A stretch of DNA of 62,898 nucleotides, counting the filler, from Parasitella parasitica NRRL 2501 (Eukaryota > Fungi > Mucoromycota), in the NCBI GenBank assembly GCA_025201805.1. It is 4 parts of 4 records of this genome, joined end to end, with 100 filler letters (N's around TTAATTAATTAA, not from the genome) between each part and the next. Parts side by side here need not be neighbours in the genome. Positions count along the whole stretch, not along the records: positions 1 to 25,033 come from MU619324.1; positions 25,134 to 56,804 come from MU619265.1; 2 more parts are not named here. One strand, given 5' to 3'. Position numbers and translations under genes: made by a program. This document shows positions 12,766 to 27,899 of the stretch, piece by piece. Under the pieces are notes generated by a model. It was not told where the DNA came from. It made no database searches and saw only the letters and a list, made by a program, of their open reading frames with translations. The number at the start of each line of letters is the position of its first letter. Position 1 is the first letter of the stretch.

Positions 12766-14566
12766 CAGTGCCTCCGGTGCCAATTTGCGCTTTTGAAAAT
12801 CAGCTCGCGCAAATAAAAATCTCAATTGGCGTAAATCTGTAGGCCCAATTCGCGCTTCTTGGTAACCCAAATTGCGTTTTTCACTAACCCAAATCGCGCA
12901 TTTTCACATCTCAATCAGCGCTTTTACCAACCCCAAATGGCGTATTCAATAAACAAAGAAAAGAGGTGTATCTGAAAGCTGCAGCAACACTTTATTAGAT
13001 AGGCTCCATTCGAAGACATTTGTCAAACATGTTCACAGAATGCTGGCTCATATTGAGGAGGGCAGTGGCACTCACTCCATTGCTTGCCTCGGCCACTCTA
13101 ATCTTGAGATCTTCGTCGCTACTGAATTTGCTTCTCTTGACATACGATTTCATTGTAGACCAAAAGTTCTCGATAGGATTCAGCTCTGGCGAGTACGGAG
13201 GGAGGTAAATGCTTTTGTATCCTCTTTTTGTAACCATCTGATCTATGTCATCGGCAGTGTGTATTGGGGCATTATCCATGACAATGTAGAAACCCTTCAT
13301 TTCGGGAAATTGGTCCATGAAATTCATTGTATTCTGCAGAAATAACATGTAGTGGCCGGTGACAGTGCCCTTCGACGTGGCCTTCTTGGGCTGCGGTTGT
13401 TTTCTCTTGCGAGCTCCATCAACTTTGATCCTCTTTGGCTTTTGATTAGGCAGTCTAATCTCGATATTCACTACGCCCATAGCAGAGACGGCCCCTGGAA
13501 TGGTATGGCTGACTGCACGAGTTGATGGTGTTGCGACAACCGCTGGCGTACCTTTTTCTGATCTTGCTGTTGATGGCCTCATATTGATATCAAATGCAGA
13601 CTCATCCACAAAAACGCAATTGCTCAGGTAGTCCATGTCTGTTTGCGACCATTTTTCGACCCACACCTTTCTTTTGAGAAGCGTATCAGGAGAGTTTCTA
13701 GCCTTGGGATGACGAGTGATGCGCTTCACGGTCAAGTTACATTCGTTTCTGATGAATGTACCCACCTGGGATTCCTTTAGATTGAAACCCTCAAATTCTG
13801 CGGTCAGAGCATCAACAGCATCCTTCCTAGTTGCTTGAGGTTCTTCATCGAAAAGGTTGACCAAAAAGTGCTTGTGCTCATCCTGTAGCTGAGATCCAGC
13901 ACGATTAACTTTATTTGTAAGCTTGCCGTAGATATTCCACTCTGGATCTTCGTTCATGCGCTTCACCCATCCCTGAGCTGTTCTAGGGTTGATTGCAGCC
14001 CGCTCAGCAGCAGGCTTTACCTTCAGAAACTTGAACCTGAGCAGGTATAGGAAGAGCGCCTTTTGCTCGTCAGTGTATATGTTGTAGGTTTTACTTGAAC
14101 ATGCGATATCAGCTTCCAACTCTGCCATGACAACGTCTACTCTTGCTTGATCACAGGCCTTTGGTTCCAAGGCTGTTTGATGCATTCGCCATTGCTTCAG
14201 GGAGGTAAGTGTTTGCGTCCTGTATGGATTATCAACCTCTTCATCCCAATCCATCGCTTCGCTACCATCTTCGTTGAAAACGCCTCCAAGACCATCTTCT
14301 ACAAAGTACTTCAAGCTCATGACGCAGTAAGAAGTAAAGAAAAAGTAACAAGCGCTTCTTTTTGGATGCTACTTCATATTTATTAAGTGCGTCATTTGGG
14401 GTTGGTAAAAGCGCTGATTGAGATGTGAAAATGCGCGATTTGGGTTAGTGAAAAACGCAATTTGGGTTACCAAGAAGCGCGAATTGGGCCTACAGATTTA
14501 CGCCAATTGAGATTTTTATTTGCGCGAGCTAATTTTCAAAAGCGCAAATTGGCACCGGAGGCACTG
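12766..14566 (-). mobile_element. Intact Tc1/mariner DNA transposon (1801 bp) with ~185-bp TIRs and TA target duplication
   Basis: TA|CAGTGCCTCCGG... at 12764-12766 and ...CCGGAGGCACTG|TA at 14566-14568. TIRs at 12766-~12953 and ~14379-14566 are nearly identical. Confidence 0.97.
12995..14320 (-). CDS. Tc1/mariner DD34E transposase (441 aa)
   Basis: FVDES, VMDNA and LPPYSPELNPIE, with 34 residues between the second D and E; N-terminal HTH. Confidence 0.97.
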   Translation of the reverse strand: MSLKYFVEDGLGGVFNEDGSEAMDWDEEVDNPYRTQTLTSLKQWRMHQTALEPKACDQARVDVVMAELEADIACSSKTYNIYTDEQKALFLYLLRFKFLKVKPAAERAAINPRTAQGWVKRMNEDPEWNIYGKLTNKVNRAGSQLQDEHKHFLVNLFDEEPQATRKDAVDALTAEFEGFNLKESQVGTFIRNECNLTVKRITRHPKARNSPDTLLKRKVWVEKWSQTDMDYLSNCVFVDESAFDINMRPSTARSEKGTPAVVATPSTRAVSHTIPGAVSAMGVVNIEIRLPNQKPKRIKVDGARKRKQPQPKKATSKGTVTGHYMLFLQNTMNFMDQFPEMKGFYIVMDNAPIHTADDIDQMVTKRGYKSIYLPPYSPELNPIENFWSTMKSYVKRSKFSSDEDLKIRVAEASNGVSATALLNMSQHSVNMFDKCLRMEPI

Positions 14567-14589
14567 TATATTATATATTTTTTTTTTAC

Positions 14590-17336
14590 ATGTCCAAAAT
14601 GAGTGTCATCAGCGCTATTGACAAGTATTCGGTTCATAAGATATGCTCAGGCCAGGTTGTGCTTGATTTGGCCACTGCCGTCAAAGAATTGGTCGAGAAC
14701 AGCCTTGATGCTGGAGCTACTTCTGTTGGTAAATACCCACTCAAGTACCCTATATTTTTTGTATTTATCCACTACTCTTTGTAGATGTAAACTTTATCGA
14801 AAATGGAATAGGCGGTATTGAAGTGGTGGACAATGGATGTGGCATTGATCCTTTAGACTATGAGTCTCTTGGTAAAACAACAAAGATGGAGGCTGCGCAA
14901 AAGAAAAAAAAACACTAATTAAACATGCAAATAGCACTCAAACACTATACATCCAAAATCAGTAATTTCGAAGACCTAGAAAAGGTGCTGACATTTGGAT
15001 TCCGGGGAGAAGCATTGAGCTCTCTTTGTGCCCTCTCTCACTTGACAGTAACCACAGCAACAAAGACACAGGCACCCATGGGCGTCAAACTAGTGTATGA
15101 CAGCAATGGCATTTTGACATCAAAAACGCCTATTTCGCGAACTGCGGGAACTACGCTTCAACTGGCAGACATTTTCCACTCGTTGCCAGTTCGTCGACAA
15201 GAGTTCAGGCGAAATATCAAGCGAGAATACGGGAAAGCCCTGGTGATTTTACAAGCGTATTCAATCATATCAACAAATGTCAAAATAACAGTTTCAAATC
15301 AAGCTGGGAAGAAGCCCAACGTCAAAGTCTTGTCAACAAGCAAAAACAAGCAAGTCAGCGCTAATATCACCAACATATTTGGGTCCAAATTAGCGTCGCA
15401 GATTATCCCCTTCAATGTTGATTTGGGATCAGTAATTGAAAATGGATCCGTCGAGGGATACATATCAAAACCTGAGTGGGGGCTGGGAAGAAGCAGTTCT
15501 GATCGACAGTACATTTATGTCAACGGCAGACCTTGTATACTTCCAAAGGTAAATACGTTAAATGCACGGTCGACCCTATATTGACTCCAATATTACAAGA
15601 TTGCAAAGACATTGAACGAAGTCTATCGAACGTTCATCACAAATCAATATCCTGTTATCATAGTAAATATGAAATTGCCTACAGCTACATATGATGTCAA
15701 TGTAAGCCCTGATAAAAGAACTATATTCCTCCACCAAGAAGACAGGATTGTCGATGTACTGCAGGAACAGTTGAAGGAGCAAATGGAGCCAAGCAGATCT
15801 ACATTCAATGTGAATTCAGTCATGCCATCCAAGATCGTAGAAGCACCAATCCCGCCACAAATTAATTCGCCTGTTGCTAGATCTTCATCACCTACAGACA
15901 CTAATACTGCGACGACAACGACAACGACAACGACAACGGCTTCTTCTTCTGCAACATCACCTACCAGAAAGATCGTTTCTTTGAAATCATTTGCCATGTC
16001 CAAGACAAAGACTCCTCAATCAAGCGGCAAACGATCATTTTCAGAATCCAGTTCGAGCTCATTATTAAACTACGTCAGTAAAAGACCTAAAGCTCAAGAA
16101 GAGACAGACAGCAGTGTGAATACCAGCTATTCAGCGACTGATGCATTGGAGACGATGGAAACAGACGAGTTGGACGAAACGACTGAAGAGACGATTCCAG
16201 ATCCTGGAAGTGAGACCTATCAGTTAGACGTAACTACCAAAGAGTTGGTTCAAGACAATGACTCTCGAGAATATGTTGAAGCTAGTAGCGATATGCTATC
16301 TTTTGGTGGTTTATGGAGAACAGTAGGACGAACAAAGACTGTGAAATCAATTGATGCTTCCTCTTTACGACGATCACCGCCAGTGCCAACCTTGATCGAG
16401 TCACCGCCGAATTTGGCTGTATCAGATCATATTTTTGCAAATGCAAGCGTCAAGAACACGGACGATAACGAAAAGGCAACAAAAGCATTGAGCCGTGTCA
16501 TTAGTAAACCGGATTTTGCGAGAATGGAAGTATTGGGCCAATTCAACCTAGGTTTTATAATTACGTCGTTAGACGATCGAGACCTCTACATCATTGACCA
16601 GCACGCTTCAGATGAAAAGTACAACTTTGAGACATTACAGAAAACTACTCTGATTAAAGGCCAACGATTATTAAGGTATAGAATATAGCATCCTGCATTG
16701 ATACAAGTCAGCAACTAATGTCAAGTCTTGGTTAGCTCTCCTGTCTTGGATTTGACAGCAGCAGAAGAACACATTGTGATGGACAATGTGGATGTTTTCA
16801 AGGCAAATGGATTTGATATTGAGATGCTTGCTGACAATGAGCCAACAAAGCGGATTCGTGTCATTTCGCAGCCTGTCAGCAAAAATACCATTTTTGATAA
16901 ACGAGATTTTAGTGAACTGATTCATTTGATCACTGAACATCCGGATGAAATGGTTCGGTGTAGTCGTACTAGAGCCATGTTTGCATCAAGAGCTTGTCAT
17001 AAAGCAACCCGCATAGGTGATAGTTTAAATAAACGCCAAATGGAAAAGGTAGCTATTCACACTGGGGAATGGAATGGTGTTCATGCAATACTAAATCGTA
17101 TCACTTTCCTTACAGATTGTACAGCATATGGGAGAAATTGATCAACCTTGGGTAAGTAATTTAGTCGTTCCTGAATCCTTAACAACAGCCCCTCTATCTC
17201 ACACTGTTTGTAGAATTGCCCTCATGGTCGTCCTACCATGCGCCATCTGTTTAATCTTTTTGAGTTTAAACAAAATTACTCTACCAATACCCCGAAGCGA
17301 TCATTGACATTTTCAGGAACGCTTTTTAGCAAATAA
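14590..17336 (+). CDS. PMS1: MutL-alpha endonuclease subunit (yeast PMS1 / human PMS2)
   Basis: [32 protein letters not shown], endonuclease motif [17 protein letters not shown] and CPHGRP. Confidence 0.97.
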
Positions 17337-17345
17337 AGAATGATT

Positions 17346-18714
<1,369 letters not shown>

Positions 18715-19576
18715 TTTGGTCATAGGAAAGAGAAAGAAATGGATTACCTGATGCGGAGTTGTCGAGTGTACTGTATTTATGTGCTGATTGCTGTTCTACT
18801 TTATAATAATTGTTGGGAGGTAGCTATAAGAGCACGAAATTCTTTTAACAGCAGTGTCTCTCACATTGGGTTTACAATGTATATATTCCTAATATTTAGT
18901 ATAAACATAATTTCATTAGTATTTCTAAATCTAAAGCGTTTAATTATTACGTATAGTGCGATAAAGCATGTAAGATATGAAATTTTAGATATTCAAGAAA
19001 CACGTTTGTAACTTTTTTTTTATTCTTGAATGCTTAACAATGTAAACCCAATTATAGTCATTAGCACAGAGCATTACAGTATATAAAGATATAAACTAAG
19101 AATTTGTGCACACTAACATATTTCTTCTTTTCTTTAAAACTTTTACACTGCATATATTTACTTCGATTATGAAAGTAAACCAAGCAAACACGGCATGGAT
19201 AAGCTTACTTATTTGATCAATCATAGATCTTAATTGATAGCACTATCAAATCCTAACTTGGTAGAGACATGCTAGCATCAAAGACAATGACTTTAATGAC
19301 ATATCCTTAAGATTGCTCTATGTTGATTTGAGCCTTGCTTTGGGTTGCATGAACTCTTACTTTGGCAATGCACCAGTAGTCACATATGAAATAAGGGTTT
19401 TTCATTGCTCTTCTCCTTCTTCCACAATCAACTTGAATACCATCCTTACAGATACAAGAAATAAACGTGTTATCCATTACAAGACACAACAAAGACTTTT
19501 GCGTTACCAAATACATGTCTGAATCCTATCAAATTCATCCAAAAACATTAGAGAAATCCTTGAAAATCAACCAACA

Positions 19577-19807
19577 ATGTCCTATGACAAAGAAAAAGAT
19601 CCAACTATGAATGGCGCTGGGTATCCTCCTCTTCAAGGACATTTGCAGCAACAGCAGCAGTTTTACAACACTGGCGCGTCTTCTCAAAACAACTCGGGAG
19701 CGTCCTCTCCTTCAGTTTATCACATCTTGCCGCTTTATGCCAGCAATGGATTTAGCCGCTACCCACAACAACAGCAACCTCAATCACAGCAGCAACCTCA
19801 ACAACTT

Positions 19808-19846
<39 letters not shown>

Positions 19847-21773
19847 TCAAAGCAAGTGAATACTATCATGTCTGATAGCAGCAACTCTGTCCATGTTACA
19901 CGGCAATTAACTTACGCACAAAACTCGCGTCAATCATCCTCACCTCATCACCATGCTCGTAACGCTGCTGCTATGGCTCGCTCTACACCTATTGCTTCCA
20001 CTGTGACAATTACTGATCCTAACAATCCCAACAAGATCTTCAACCGCATTGATAATATAAATACCACCAGCAGCAACTCGAATGAAAAGCAAACTTGGAC
20101 CACACTGGATATTGGCGGGATGGGACTCAAGCAACTCTCACCCACTCTTTGTTCATACAAATTTTTAACTGTGCTCTATATGAACCACAACAGTCTCACT
20201 AATCTCACTGGCGAAATCGCAAAACTTGTCAATCTCAGAACATTAGATTGTTCAGGCAACAAACTATCTACACTGCCACCTGAACTAGGCATGCTCGTTA
20301 ATTTGCGGGATCTGCTCTTGTTTGACAACAATATCGCCAACTTACCGAACGAATTGGGCATGCTGTATCAATTAGAAATGTTGGGTTTAGAAGGAAACCC
20401 GATTCAGGCAGATATCAAGAATACTTTGATGAAAGAAGGGACGCAGGCTGTCATCATGTCATTGAGAGAGAATGCACCAGGTAGATTATATCTATTATAG
20501 CAATCGACAAGGGCTTACATTATATATTTTATACAGTTGGTATGCCTCCTCCTCATCGCGAATGGATTACTTTTGAAAATGACACTGCAGAGAATGATCC
20601 AGGTAACCGTTGTGACCAAATCCATGCACAAAACTGACGTTAACATTTGTAAACTTAGATAAATTCACTGTGCTATGTTATAACATCCTTTGTCAAAAGT
20701 ATGCTACCAGCCAAGCATATGGCTACACGCCTTCATGGGCACTGAATTGGGAATACCGCAAAGAACTGATCATCTCAGAAGTACTCGGCTATAACGCCGA
20801 CATAGCATGTTTGCAGGAAATTGCCATGAAACAATACGAAGGCACCTTGGGTGATACTTTTAAAGAGCGTGGTGATTACGATGGCGTTTTCTTCCCTAAA
20901 ACCCGTGCAAAAACAATGGCTCCTAACGAAAGACGAGAAGTGGATGGCTGTGCTATCTTTTATAAAGCTTCTAAATACAACTTGATTGAGCACCACGTAT
21001 TGGAATACAACCAAAAAGCACTTCAACGTTCAGACTTCAAACAAAGCGACGATATCTACAACCGCGTCATGACAAAGGACAACATAGCTGTCATGATTGT
21101 GTTGGAAAACAAGGAAACGCTAGCTCGTATTCTTGTCGTCAATTCACACATTTTTTGGGATCCCCAGTTTGCAGATGTTAAACTGGTTCAGTTGGGTATG
21201 ATGATGGACGAGATTGAGACCTTTGCGGGTAAATATTTGACCCCTCCATCAGAGTCTGCAGGACCAACATATGAATCTACAAATATGTTACCAACCATCA
21301 TTTGTGGCGATTTTAACTCTGTTCCTGAATCTGGTGCATATGAGCTTCTTTCCAAAGGTTCTATAGCCAAGGATCATCCTGAATTTGGCAATCATTCGTA
21401 TGGGTTATTTACTTCTGAGGGTATCTCGCACAAATTGTCTCTCAAGAGCAGTTATAGTCAATTGGGTGAATTGGACGTGACGAATTATACTCCTGGATTC
21501 AAAGGTACATTGGATTATATATGGTATACCAGTAATACGCTGGATATCATGTCTTTGTTGGGCGGTGTGAGCCAAGATTATCTCGATAAAGTTGTTGGGT
21601 TTCCAAATCCTCACTTTCCTTCAGAGTAAGTTGTACTGTACAAGAGTTTATTGCATTGCAGCTAATATTGTAATAGTCATATCCCTTTGGTGGCAGAGGT
21701 TAGAATAAAGTCTCCTCGTCGCGAGAAGTTGGAAGAGCCCAATTTTGGCTTTTCATCCTCATTCAAACGATAG
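19577..21773 (+). CDS. CCR4: CCR4 deadenylase (polyQ N-terminus, LRRs, EEP nuclease)
   Basis: Leucine-rich repeats, then YNILC..YAT, CLQE, ICGDFNS, LDYIWY and GFPNPHFPSD/H. (CAG)n tract at about 19808-19845. Confidence 0.96.
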
Positions 21774-21955
21774 AAATGTTTAATTTAATTTAAAAATTCA
21801 TGCCTCTTTTTCATATTGAAGCAAAATTGTACATTTTTCTCTCCCTGTCTTTTCCTCATTCTCTTTTTCCTTTATTTCCTTTCTCTTTTCTTCTTTTTAT
21901 TTCTTTTTCATACATACATAACATTTATAAATATTAAAATCTATTATTGACAAAT

Positions 21956-23057
21956 TTATTCAGTTTTGCCCGAATCAATCCAATTTTGATGAATTCGCAC
22001 AAGCTCAGGGATGATTTCACTTTCAATCTCAATACCATTAGCCATTTGTTGCTGTGTGAGTGACAGTACCTTCTGGTTGTGTTGAGTAATAAATGTAACT
22101 GTCTGCTTGCGAGTTTTCAGCATATTTCCAATAACAACTTGATGGCCATAACGAGTGAGTGCTTGTCTTGCTTTTAGGACCAGTAAGCTACTGTCAGTCT
22201 CGAGCTTGAATGACACAATTAATCCTTTGGCTGCCCAGTTACTGACTAGTGGCTTCAAAAATTTAGGTACTTGATCTAAGGTCAATGTTAATCCACCATC
22301 ACGAGATTGAATTTTGTGTTCTGCCATTTTTTGAGATGGAATGAAGAAATCACTGACTGCAGCAGCAAGATAATACATGGCTTTTCTTTCTAAACGTGCT
22401 AAAATCTTGGAGCCAGCCTGAAGTTTGAATAAATATTCAGGCAGTGTAACAAAATCAAGCATCAAAATTCGGTTATTTTTTTTGGCTTCATTATATTTTG
22501 TCAAAAGTTCATGCATTTTGGTAGCATATTTGGATAGCACTGCATGGCAGATATTAGACAACATTTCAAGTATTCATTGTTTTATGAATACCTTGAATTG
22601 AACCATCCTCCTTTGGCTCTAAATAGTCCAAAAATCCCATATGTGAGTGTGTGTAATGACGATTATAAGGTTGGATACTGTTTTGACGATGCATGAATAC
22701 CACTGCATACCCTGCCTCTAAGAAATATTCAGCAGAAGTGGCACCGCGAGTGCCGTTACTAAAATTGTCAATGAATCGAACAGTTTGATTCTCAAGAGGC
22801 ACTGTCGTTCCACCACTCTAAAAATAGTGTTAGCTGTTGATTTTGCGAACCAAAGTAAACCTTACAGTGATAAAAACAACTTTGCTTCCTTTCTCTTTGT
22901 GAAAATCAACGAACGCGTTTAACATTGACTCAAATGCGGGCAAATCCGCAGGAGGGTCATTTATTTGGAAGTAAACATCAGGGTCAATGACACCTTGACC
23001 ATTATCGAGAATCGGTTCATTTGAATTTGTTGGGATGGGTACAGTAATTGAGGCCAT
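21956..23057 (-). CDS. CAB2: Phosphopantothenate--cysteine ligase
   Basis: [44 protein letters not shown] and VSFKLETD. Confidence 0.95.
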
Positions 23058-23431
23058 GTTAAATTGTATTGCAAGAAGAGTGCTAAGGTTAACCAACCTT
23101 GTTCAATTTCCATTTACATTCAAGATTTGTCATCTCTCCCAGTCACAGAAACTGTATCATTTTAAGCAAGCCATGTCATGGAGTAGACATCAAGTACAGA
23201 TGTGCCCTAATTGCGTAAATCAGATCATTGTTGAATGGCGTGATATTACGTTTACTTTATCATACTTATTACCATTGATTCAAAAACCAATCGAATTAAA
23301 AAGGAGAACTAAGCAGCAACCATTCTTAATGCTTCTCAATGCTTTGTCCACCGATAAACACAAATGCATTTTAATCATGCATATTATGTAAGCCATTATC
23401 AATTTGGAAAATATAAAACGCAGCTGATGGC

Positions 23432-23857
23432 TGTTATATCCATATAAAGGCTACATATGTCATATCTAACTTAGTCATAATGCACGGATCATGATATTAA
23501 TTGTTGGTAATTCTTTTACAAATAAGGAATAAGCTACAAGTTGTAATTGGACCTCTTGCAAGGTTCCAGGCTTATTCAAAGAATACATCTAGATCAGATC
23601 GCGGGATGTCGGGAAGACATCCTACCCAATCTTCTCTTTAATGTAAAATAGAAAGATAGGTCTGTCCTGGAAATGCTGTGATTTAATAAGGTTTGACACT
23701 TCTTGTCAAACATCAGATGTTATGTGGATAAACATTGATTGGGATATATTTTAGTATAAATAGAGATCATATCTTATGTCAATAAAAGTCTTCAGTTTTG
23801 TATCTGGTTTTATTCAGAAAGTCTTTATTACTTTATACAAATCTTATTTACATAACA
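23432..23857 (+). mobile_element. LTR family A (426 bp)
   Basis: TGTTAT...ATAACA termini, TATA-like and AATAAA motifs. Near-identical copies at 59293-59668 (+) and 56904-57206 (-). A PBS-like TGGCGACCGTGGCA lies at 23890. Confidence 0.8.
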
Positions 23858-24717
23858 TTACGCTGCGCCCTTTGACACTGGCACAACAATGGCGACCGTG
23901 GCAACTTATTATCATTTAGCTCGTGACAAACAAATCAAGGGTAAAAAAAAAACCAGGTAATTTGAAATGTTGCACTATCTACTATTTCTTCATCAAGTGG
24001 TTTTTATGAATGATGATCGTTGTTGACTTGCATAGTACTCTGGTATATGATATATGTACTTAATTTTTTTTGTTTTATTTTCTTTACGTACTAATTAGTA
24101 TTTTACTCCATGTAACTTTCAGTCATGAGAAATGATTGTGAAATACACTCACTATGATGATCTGCATTCCACTTCTAGATTCATCCAGTTACCTTAAATT
24201 GATATAGACTACATACGCGCACAGATAATAAGATGTACAATACAGATTTATACTACATAAGATATAGGCTAGGGATGTTACCATTAGGATGGATGACGCT
24301 GCAGACTTATACCTATATCCTGACACGAGCCTTAGAAATTTACTAGGTTTAGTATGCGCTTTATACGTGCTACGAGCTTATGCCATACAAGATCTATGCT
24401 TCAGATGCGTATTTCCAGTTTCTAGATACGCACTACAAGACATATATTTATATCCAAGATACTAGCTACAGATACAATTTTTGCTACACACTTGTACAAT
24501 ATGTAAAATGCTATAGATATGCTCATGACATGCTGCGTATACCGATATATGCTAAGATGAATACCAAGTGATATAGACTAAACAACACTTTACTAGAAAT
24601 GATATACACTTATGGATCGATATTCATAATCTTCGTACAGAAGATTAATCAGGGTAACCCGAGTAAAATCTATCAACTCACCTAGATAGATCAAAGTTTT
24701 CTGTAGTCTGCTGAGAT

Positions 24718-24928
24718 TGTTATGTCAAAAGTCTGATAAAATAAATCTGCCAAAGAATTACACCTTTATTCATAATACATCTCTCGATGTATTATATACA
24801 CATTCATTACACTAGGGTTCTACTGTCTAGCTGCATAATGTAAATCATGACTACCCATGATTTACTGTAAGACCCTGGGACTGATCTGAGATCCTGATGT
24901 GAGACCTTGCCATGTTATTGATATAACA
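24718..24928 (-). mobile_element. LTR family B (~211 bp)
   Basis: TGTTAT...ATAACA termini. 24828-24928 is the reverse complement of 59669-59769. A G-rich PPT-like tract precedes it on the minus strand. Confidence 0.7.
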
Positions 24929-25133
24929 CCACCCCACACCAACATAAGCATTATGTGACAAAAGTAGAAGTAGTTCCCGAAGTCGTAGACCGTTGTAGTA
25001 GTAGTTGTAGCTGTGTATAGTTGTAGTAGGCCGNNNNNNNNNNNNNNNNNNNNNNNNNNNNNNNNNNNNNNNNNNNNTTAATTAATTAANNNNNNNNNNN
25101 NNNNNNNNNNNNNNNNNNNNNNNNNNNNNNNNN

Positions 25134-27650
25134 ATGACCGTAGAACCGCGATCTAACTTGGAAAACTTAGCGTTGACTTGGCACTATCTGGCAACAACAC
25201 TGGCTTCCATGTTTTTATTACTAACCATAAAGTTATCAGATGACATCACAAATTTACATATCAGAATTGCATATAATCGATCATAGGCTTCGATATACAG
25301 CAAAATAAACACTGTCTTATGCGCCATAAGAACAGGCATAATCATCGCTATCTGAGCATAACTTTTTTTCCCCTGAACAATATCTCTATCAAAAGTTATC
25401 TGCAAAAACAGTTTTATTTTTCAATATTTATCATAAATATCACTTCTAAGCACCTAATCGGTCGCCCAAATTGCCAGTGGCAAAATTTTTGGAATTTCGG
25501 AGTTTTAAATTTTTAAATTCCGTTATTTTTGAGCTTGACTGTTTTGTTGTTATTGGGCTAGTTTTATTTGAGTTTGTGAAGCTTCTTTTGACACGAAACT
25601 ATACAATTACAAATTTTCGTGAGTATAGTGAACTTGGTATGTATAATATCATTGATTTATCGGAATTAGTTTTGTAAGTGGGATGCACGGTGTGATTTAG
25701 AGAACGGAATGATAGATTGTATCTATTGTCCATGTTCACTTATAAATAGGAAACACGATCCATTAGAATGATATGTTCATAAATTGTTATAGATCAGAAG
25801 TATAAACTGATCATCACTGTCATGAACCTGTCGAGCCTTCAAGCCCAAACAATTATACATCTTGATCTAAAAATATATATCACCTCGTTCTTCCCTAATC
25901 AATCCACATTGCATTCTTGCCTCTCTGATTCACACTGTCATTCTTGCCTTACTCATCCACATTATACTATTGACTTATTGATCCACGATATCCTATTTAC
26001 CTAATTGATTCACGTTATAGTAAATAGTCTAGTTCACATTTCAGTGAACTAGACAGCTCGCAAAAAGTATAAATAGAGGCCATTTTGACCAGCAAAGAAG
26101 AGTTTTCTTCGTCAGATCTCCTCATCGAATTCCCTTATTAAATATCCCTAGCAATCTTCTTATCTTTCTCCACCTTTTCCTTATTAAATCATAGCCTCCT
26201 TATTTGAAATAAACTTCTGCATATCTTCTCTTAGTACTCTGTCCCTGATTATCTAATAAGGCCGTAGATCCCTGATAATCACATAAAAAGAATAATCTCC
26301 GTAAATAGTACGAATATAATGATGTTGGGTTAAAAAAAGATAATAAAAAACCAAAATGTTAACGAGATACGAAAACTTCAAGATACTTTATTTAAGATCG
26401 AAATTGCATCTGCTATTTATACTTTTTACAACTACATAAATTAATGATGACTTATTTAAATTACTAATTGACAAGACTAATTCACAGTGACAATCTACTT
26501 GACAGGGTACGATATGAGGTTATACAGCAAGGGCTACATGTCTGTGATCTGACAGAGCCTTAACCTTTATCCTGGTGCTCAGATCTGTGTTACTTACAGG
26601 AATAACCTTCTTGATTTGAAACAGAGACTTTATTCTCCAATTTACACAAGTGTATCACATCACATCATTGGACAATCTTTTCAATCTTCAATTGAAGTAC
26701 ATAATTGCCATGATCTCCTGTGTCTATAATTATGATGGCAGATCAACTTAATCCCATGCCCCTCTCTAGCACAACAGCCTAGAAAAAATTAGTGCATTTT
26801 TTGTTCGTCTATGTATCTGAAAAGTACTTACTCAAATACATAACAAACTTGAAGTGGAATTGACTAGATTCCGATCATAAAATTTTATCTTCCTCCCAAT
26901 AATAGCAACTAGGATTACAAAAAATAAGTAAGCAGCATTGATCAGATACGACATATGTCAAAATAGCATGTTGTGCCACTGATGTGTCAATTTCCCAACC
27001 GGAAGTCAAACTCAAGTAAACTCAATCCTGAACACAATTCAGGAACATATCCCAATGGATCATGTTCCTTATTTATAACTCAACATGACATGTTCATGGA
27101 CAATAGATACAATCTATTGTTCCATTCTCTAAATCACACCATGTCTCACACTTATATCTTATCCTCCCATCAGTCCACTTAGATTCACTAGTGTATAAAC
27201 CATCATTTTTTCCATGTAATACACGAGATCTTTACCTGATTAATTCACAACTGTTTTATTTGAATAATTTCTCATTCTGATAAATCAGCCACTATTCAAC
27301 CTAAAAGGAACAATTTATGAAACTAAGAAAGCTTCCTGGTCGTAAGTATATAAACATGTTTAAAGTACCCTTCTTGATCCATTGTTAGATCAACAACGTC
27401 AATAAATAAGTCAATGTTCACATTCACGTAAGATTAGGATAGCTACGGTAGAATTATATTCTATTAGTCTGATGAATGGTCATTCCTATTCAACATAAGT
27501 AGAATGATATTATACTATTAGCCCAGAACAACCGATTAGAGATTTTTATGCCAGATACTCTTTTAAATAAACAACTATCATTCTCACATTAAATAAGATT
27601 ATTGGTTCTACATGTTTTTGATACATGCATGAAAAACTTTTTTCCCAACA
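25134..27650. repeat. Gene-free AT-rich region, probably degenerate retroelement/LTR debris
   Basis: No credible ORF; LTR-like TATA/polyA motifs; adjacent to identified LTRs. Family not identified. Confidence 0.3.
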
Positions 27651-27899
27651 TATAGTAATAGGCATAACTAATTTTTGATTATGGCATTTGCACCTTAATA
27701 TAAATATTTCTATTTATTTTTAATTTACCCTGCAATGCTACCAAAAAAAACATCATTATACATATCGCTCTGATTTTCAGTTGCATTATCTACAAGGGAA
27801 CATATCTTAAAATTTTGTGCATATTATGGATTATTTATTTACTCAATTTTTTATAAAATCAGGCTAGCCTCTATGTAATATGCTCAGTGAGAGATTTAC

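Noticed and set aside
25034-25133. TTAATTAATTAA embedded in N runs (also at 56849-56860 and 59814-59825)
   Set aside because: An identical 12-mer centred in equal-sized N padding with stops in all six frames is an artificial scaffolding linker, not biology. Adjacency across these gaps is uncertain.
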